The notes beneath the pieces were generated by a model that did no database searches, was not told the DNA's origin, and saw nothing but the letters and a program-made list of their open reading frames with translations. A stretch of 64,000 nucleotides of DNA from Terriglobia bacterium (lineage in GTDB: Bacteria; Acidobacteriota; Terriglobia; JAJPHL01; JAPKYU01), in contig CBDBKE010000004.1 in assembly GCA_965206645.1 (NCBI GenBank), forward strand, positions 1,632,001 through 1,696,000. Direction: 5' to 3'. The position numbers were made by a program, and so were the translations under genes. This document shows, piece by piece, positions 59,316 through 64,000 of this stretch (within the stretch, counting starts at the first letter, position 1; each line of letters starts with the position of its first letter).

Positions 59316-59971
59316 GCTTCTTGCGGAACTACGTGCTCGACAATCTCGCTCTGAAGCTGGGCTCACTCGCCCTGGCCCTACTGCTGTGGTCGGCGATCGC
59401 CAATGAGCCGCCGGCGGAAGTGACCTTCCGTGCGCCGCTGGAATTGCGGAACGTGCCGGAAAATCTGGAGTTAAGCAGCGAAGCGCCCAACTCGGTGCAG
59501 GTGAGAGTGCGGGGACCGGCCAGCGCGGTGCGCAAACTTTCCCCTGCGAACCTGGCCGTCTCGTTGGATTTGGCCGACTTCAAGCGTCCCGGCAAGCGCA
59601 GCTATGAGCTGTCCGTTCCCGATGTGCGGATCCCCTTCGGGGTGCGTGTAGTGCAAGTCATTCCCAAACAGGTGGGGCTGCAGTTGGAAGCACGCGCTGA
59701 GCGGGAGATCCCCGTTGTCCCGCGCATCACCGGCGAGGCTGCCCCCGGCTACCGGTTGACCGGCTTTCAGGTGTCTCCTCCAATTGTGCGCGTGGTAGGA
59801 CCGCGGAGCCACGTGGCCCTGCTGGAATCCGCCATGACCGACCCTGTGGATGTCACAGGCGTCATCGCCCGAACCCGGTTCTGGACCAGTGCATTTGTGC
59901 CCCATCCGCTGGTGCGCATCCAGGGCAGTGACGCAGTGCTGGTCACCGTTCAACTGGAACAGCGCGAATGA
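59312..59971 (+). CDS. cdaR: CdaR / YbbR-domain protein
   Basis: KLGSLALALLLW TM, VRVRGP and VRVVGP repeats, between cdaA and glmM. Confidence 0.88.
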   Translation: MSFLRNYVLDNLALKLGSLALALLLWSAIANEPPAEVTFRAPLELRNVPENLELSSEAPNSVQVRVRGPASAVRKLSPANLAVSLDLADFKRPGKRSYELSVPDVRIPFGVRVVQVIPKQVGLQLEARAEREIPVVPRITGEAAPGYRLTGFQVSPPIVRVVGPRSHVALLESAMTDPVDVTGVIARTRFWTSAFVPHPLVRIQGSDAVLVTVQLEQRE

Positions 59972-61341
59972 AACCCACGCGACTGTTCGGGACGGATGGG
60001 ATTCGAGCGGCTGCCGGGGAATACCCGCTGGACGAGCGCACGGTTTTCCTCATCGGGCGGGCGCTGGGGGAGTACCTGCGACGAGCGGAGGCTGCTCCTT
60101 CCCTCGTATTCGGCGAGGACACGCGCGAATCCAGCCCCTGGATCGCCGAGACTCTGGCCACAGGTCTGGCCGAAGAAGGTGCGGAGTCGCTTTCGGCAGG
60201 GGTGCTCCCGACTCCGGGGGTAGCCTACCTGTCGCGCATCCAGGGGTTCTCAGCCGGGGTGATGATTTCCGCTTCCCACAATCCTTATTCCGACAACGGC
60301 ATCAAGGTCTTTTCCCGTTCCGGCTACAAACTCCCTGACGAAAGCGAGGTAGCAGTCGAGCAGACGATCTTCCGGCTGGCCACTGGGCAGGCCGGCCCGA
60401 CGGTATCATCGCGGCAAGTTCCTCCCGGCGGCCGGTTGAAGCAGGACGCCTCGCTGCAGGGTCGCTACCAGGATTTCCTCTGCTCGCTGGTGTCTGGCGG
60501 GGTTACCTTCGCCGGGCTGCGGGTGGTTCTGGATTGCGCGAATGGGGCCGCCTCAGCGATAGCTCCAGAGTTGTTTCGGCGACTGGGCGCAGAGGTCATC
60601 GCCATCCACGCTTCTCCCAACGGACGCAATATCAACCTGGAGTGCGGGTCCCTGCATCCCGAATCGCTCCGGGTGCGTGTCCCGGCCGAGCGGGCTGACC
60701 TGGGCGTGGCCTTCGATGGGGATGCCGACCGGGCGCTGTTCGTTACCGCGAACGGGAAGCTGGTGGATGGCGACGGGGTGCTGTTTCTGGCCGCCAGGCA
60801 CATGTTGGCCCAGGGCCGGCTCAAGAACCGCCTGGTCGTGGCCACCATCATGTCCAACCTGGGCCTGGAAGCGACCTTGGGGGCCTCCGGCGTCCGACTG
60901 CGGCGCACCCCCGTGGGCGACAAATACGTCTTGGAGGAAATGTTGCGTTGTGGCGCCAACCTGGGCGGCGAACAGTCGGGGCACGTCATCTTCGGCGGTG
61001 AGCAGACCACAGGAGACGGCCTGTTGACCGCATTGCGCGTCTTAGAGATTGTCGCAGCCACTGGTCGGCCGCTGGAAGCGCTGGTCTCGGAACTAGAACC
61101 CTTCCCCCAGGTCATTCGGAACGTCCCCGTGCGGGGAAAGGTGCCGCTGGAGGAGTTGCCAGAAGTGTGGGCGGCGATCCGCTCGGCTCAGGAACACTTC
61201 GGGCTGACAGGGCGGGTGGTCGTGCGCTACAGCGGTACAGAGTCGCTAGCCCGCATCATGATTGAGGGCGAGAAGGAAGCGCAGGTGCATCGCTACGCCG
61301 AATTGATCGCTGCTGCTTTTCACCGCACCATCGGTGCCTGA
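59968..61341 (+). CDS. glmM: Phosphoglucosamine mutase
   Basis: LFGTDGIR, ISASHNP, FDGDADR, GGEQSGH, RYSGTE. Confidence 0.96.
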   Translation: MKPTRLFGTDGIRAAAGEYPLDERTVFLIGRALGEYLRRAEAAPSLVFGEDTRESSPWIAETLATGLAEEGAESLSAGVLPTPGVAYLSRIQGFSAGVMISASHNPYSDNGIKVFSRSGYKLPDESEVAVEQTIFRLATGQAGPTVSSRQVPPGGRLKQDASLQGRYQDFLCSLVSGGVTFAGLRVVLDCANGAASAIAPELFRRLGAEVIAIHASPNGRNINLECGSLHPESLRVRVPAERADLGVAFDGDADRALFVTANGKLVDGDGVLFLAARHMLAQGRLKNRLVVATIMSNLGLEATLGASGVRLRRTPVGDKYVLEEMLRCGANLGGEQSGHVIFGGEQTTGDGLLTALRVLEIVAATGRPLEALVSELEPFPQVIRNVPVRGKVPLEELPEVWAAIRSAQEHFGLTGRVVVRYSGTESLARIMIEGEKEAQVHRYAELIAAAFHRTIGA

Positions 61342-61460
61342 ACCGGAAAATCCACCGCAGGAACGCATACACGTCGGTTACGGAGGATACCATTCTGGTC
61401 TCCGCCGGTGCTGTTCCCGTCACGTCAGGCATCGCGTACAATGAACAGAGGGGGTGTTAC

Positions 61461-62135
61461 ATGCGAATCCACGGCCTGGTGGTAGGCCTGTTGACCCTGA
61501 GCCTGCTGGTTCCCTCGGTGCTTGCTGACCGGAAGAAACAGGTGAAGCGAGTGCAGAATGCCACAGAAGTCTTTTCTGAGGTGATGGACATTCCCGAGAA
61601 GGCCATCCCGAAGCTGCTGCTGGTGCGGGCGCACTGCATTGCCATCGTTCCTTCGATGAAGAAGGGCGGCTTCGGCTTCGGGGGACACTTCGGAGGCGGG
61701 CTGGTGACCTGCAGGAAGGCGTCTCGGCATTGGGGGCCGCCTTCCATGCTGAGCGTGCGGGGCGGCAGCTTCGGCTTGCAAATCGGCGGGCAGGCCATTG
61801 ACGTGATCATGCTGGTGATGAACAAGAAAGGGATGAAATTCTTGACCAGCGACAAGTTTACCTTGGGCGCGGATGCTTCGGTGGCCGCCGGGCCGGTGGG
61901 GCGCGCCGCTTCGGCGGAGACGAACGCCACTATGCGCTCCGAAATCCTGACTTACTCACGGGCGCAGGGCTTATTTGCAGGCGTGACCCTGAAAGGCGCC
62001 GTTGTCAAGCCCGACAAGAAGGGCAACCGCCAACTCTACGGCCAGGAGATCACAGCCCGCAATATCCTGAATGGGAAAGCTCCCACGCCCGCCGAAGCAC
62101 GCCCGCTTCTTGCGGCGCTGGCCAAATATCGCTGA
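61461..62135 (+). CDS. Lipid-binding SYLF (Ysc84) domain protein
   Basis: Signal peptide, KKGGFGFGG, SFGLQIGGQ, AAGPVGR, YSRAQGLFAG. Confidence 0.9.
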   Translation: MRIHGLVVGLLTLSLLVPSVLADRKKQVKRVQNATEVFSEVMDIPEKAIPKLLLVRAHCIAIVPSMKKGGFGFGGHFGGGLVTCRKASRHWGPPSMLSVRGGSFGLQIGGQAIDVIMLVMNKKGMKFLTSDKFTLGADASVAAGPVGRAASAETNATMRSEILTYSRAQGLFAGVTLKGAVVKPDKKGNRQLYGQEITARNILNGKAPTPAEARPLLAALAKYR

Positions 62136-62310
62136 AGGTTCGGGATAAAAGGCGCACTCCGAGCTAATCCGGGCTCACCTTTCGTGGGTGACTTGCCCGG
62201 GGTGCCGTGCCGACAGTCAGAAGGGAAAGAAGCGGGAACAGGCCCTGTGAACCGTCCAGCGAGATGCCCGCGTCAGGCCCGGGAAACTCGCCCAGAAAAC
62301 TCGGACGTTG

Positions 62311-62499
62311 CTAGGCTTTGCGGACTTTGCCGGAACGCAGGCAACGGGTACAGACACGCAACCGCCGCCGTCCACCGTTGACCACCACGCGCACCGTCTG
62401 CAGGTTCACATTCCAGCGACGCTTGGTCAGGTTATGAGCGTGACTGATCCGATGCCCAAATTGCGGGCCTTTCCCGCAAACCTCGCAAACCCTTGCCAT
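62311..62499 (-). CDS. rpmB: 50S ribosomal protein L28 (Zn-binding form)
   Basis: MARVCEVCGK..SHAHNLTKRRWNVNLQ..VCTRCLRSG. Confidence 0.96.
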   Translation of the reverse strand: MARVCEVCGKGPQFGHRISHAHNLTKRRWNVNLQTVRVVVNGGRRRLRVCTRCLRSGKVRKA

Positions 62500-62617
62500 A
62501 TCAGCTCCTACCGGGGAGATGGAATGCTCCGATTCACAGTCTATGCTATCAGAAAAACTGCAGTTCCTGAGGCTCTACTTGCGTTCTTTCCTCTGGTTTC
62601 TGCCGGTGGTATAATAC

Positions 62618-62725
62618 CGGGTTCTCCGAGCTCGCAGAGCCTAAGGTCCCCCGGGACTATGGCCTGGAGCCGATAGGGTGTAGCGGGAAACGGCTGCGCC
62701 TCCCATGTTTGGAAAGGAGAGCCCG
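62618..62725 (+). ncRNA. Moco RNA motif (molybdenum cofactor riboswitch candidate)
   Basis: P1 CGGGTTCTCC/GGAGAGCCCG, CTCCGAGC..CCTAAGG..TATGG..AGGGTG..GAAAC..GCCTCCC..GGAAAGGAG, upstream of moaA and just after TGGTATAAT. Confidence 0.85.
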
Positions 62726-62740
62726 CGGTCTCGAAGTTCG

Positions 62741-62780
62741 AGCCCGTACCTGCCAAACATGGGTACGGGCTTTGTTGTCT
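62741..62780 (+). terminator. Terminator-like hairpin of the riboswitch expression platform
   Basis: 10-bp stem AGCCCGTACC/GGTACGGGCT followed by TTGTTGTCT. Confidence 0.65.
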
Positions 62781-62781
62781 T

Positions 62782-63762
62782 ATGCTCCAGGACAGCTACG
62801 GTCGGCAGATTCAAGACTTGCGCATCTCCATCACGGACCGCTGCAACTTCCGGTGCTTCTACTGCAAGAGCGCCGACCCGATGGTCTACTTCGGCACCGA
62901 TACAGTCTCCCTGGACGATTTCTACCGCCTGAGCCGGATTTTTGTAGGGCTGGGGATCAGGAAGGTCCGGGTGACAGGCGGGGAGCCGTTGCTGCGTCAT
63001 GGCGTGGAGCGATTCATCACCCAGCTCTCTTCCATCCCGGGGTTGGAGGACCGGGCCCTGACGACCAACGGCTGGCTTCTGGCGGAGAAGATCCAGGCGT
63101 TGACCGACGCCGGACTGACGCGGATCAACATCAGCATGGACTCGGTGCATCGAGACAAGTTCGCCAAGATCACTCGCACCGATGGCTACGATCGTGTGCT
63201 GAAGGGCATCGCGGCGGCTCAGGCCGCGGGCTTGGAACCGGTGAAGGTCAACGTGGTCCTGGTCCGTGGGTTGAATGACGATGAGGTAGTGGATTTCGCG
63301 GCGTTTGCCCGCGAGTGGAGCCTCATCGTCCGTTTCATTGAATTCATGCCTCTGGATGCCGACCGCAACTGGAAGCGGGAACTGGTGGTGACGGCCCGTG
63401 AAATCATCGAAAAGATTCGTGCGGTCTACCCGCTGGTGCCCATCGGGCGCGACACTCCCAGCTCGACGGCTCTGCGGTACCGCTTCGCCGACGGCCCCGG
63501 CGAAATCGGGTTGGTGGCCTCGGTTTCCATGCCGTTCTGCGGCATGTGCAGCCGCATTCGGCTGACCTCGGACGGCAAGATTCGGACCTGCCTCTTCTCC
63601 CTCGGGGACTACGACGTGAAGCCTCTTTTGCGCGGCGGCGCTTCCGACGAGGAGATTACCGACTTCATCTGCCGCGTGACCCGACTCAAGGAAGAGCGGC
63701 ATCACATCAACGATCCGGATTTCGCGAAACCGGAACGGACCATGGTGTTTATCGGGGGTTGA
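62782..63762 (+). CDS. moaA: GTP 3',8-cyclase MoaA
   Basis: LRISITDRCNFRCFYC, TGGEPLLR, FCGMCSRIRLTSDG..CLF, C-terminal IGG. Confidence 0.97.
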   Translation: MLQDSYGRQIQDLRISITDRCNFRCFYCKSADPMVYFGTDTVSLDDFYRLSRIFVGLGIRKVRVTGGEPLLRHGVERFITQLSSIPGLEDRALTTNGWLLAEKIQALTDAGLTRINISMDSVHRDKFAKITRTDGYDRVLKGIAAAQAAGLEPVKVNVVLVRGLNDDEVVDFAAFAREWSLIVRFIEFMPLDADRNWKRELVVTAREIIEKIRAVYPLVPIGRDTPSSTALRYRFADGPGEIGLVASVSMPFCGMCSRIRLTSDGKIRTCLFSLGDYDVKPLLRGGASDEEITDFICRVTRLKEERHHINDPDFAKPERTMVFIGG

Positions 63763-63859
63763 CCCGCAGACCGACCTCAAACCGACGTGGTTCTCGAAGA
63801 CGGGGTTGTATAATAGGAGATGCTGGGTGTGGGACTGATGATCCGAGACGGCACATCGC

Positions 63860-64000
63860 ATGGCGGACCGATCCTTTAACCTCCAGGAAGCCGAAAGCCT
63901 GCTGCCAGCGCTGAAGGAGCTGCTGTGCACAGCGATGCGCCACAAGAAGAAGGTGGAAGCTTTCGATGCCGAATTCGCCAGTTTGAACCAAAGGATCCAT
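63860..64000 (+). CDS. DUF2203-like protein, partial
   Basis: MADRSFNLQEAESLLPALKELL..., open to the window end. Confidence 0.6.
   Translation, partial: MADRSFNLQEAESLLPALKELLCTAMRHKKKVEAFDAEFASLNQRIH

Noticed and set aside
63749-64000. Minus-strand 83-aa ORF
   Set aside because: The plus-strand frame from 63860 is more protein-like and co-directional with moaA.

Overview
Bacterial chromosomal window, most consistent with Acidobacteriota (an inference from the TPR-secretin-cohesin locus, the ACIII-caa3 operon, the folP-cdaA-cdaR-glmM cluster and the integrase type). The left core (1-5843) has pseudopilins, a secretin, smpB, pepA, a USP gene and tRNA-Pro(GGG). A ~36.8 kb genomic island is integrated at the tRNA 3' end, bounded by a 45-bp direct repeat (5799-5843 and 42600-42644). 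Its first ~17 kb is a compact integrative conjugative element (ICE) with all genes on one strand: Zn-finger protein, ArdC, a PD-(D/E)XK-type relaxase candidate, VirB2-3-4-9-10-5-6-8, an unknown wHTH-like protein, a structured oriT-like gap, T4CP, VirB11, xis and int. No HUH relaxase and no repressor are recognisable. The rest of the island is IS-disrupted cargo: IS5, IS6 plus a matching 131-bp MITE, IS3, IS30, an IS1380 remnant, nested IS1595-like cassettes carrying a methyltransferase, a split NucS-like nuclease, MFP/TolC, an aldo-keto reductase, an IPCT/DIPPS-like enzyme and a sulfite oxidase-family enzyme. The right core has a split POTRA gene, alternative complex III with an A2-type caa3 oxidase, folP-cdaA-cdaR-glmM, a SYLF gene, rpmB, and moaA behind a Moco RNA motif with a visible terminator/antiterminator platform. 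All calls come from reading motifs by eye; no database searches were run.
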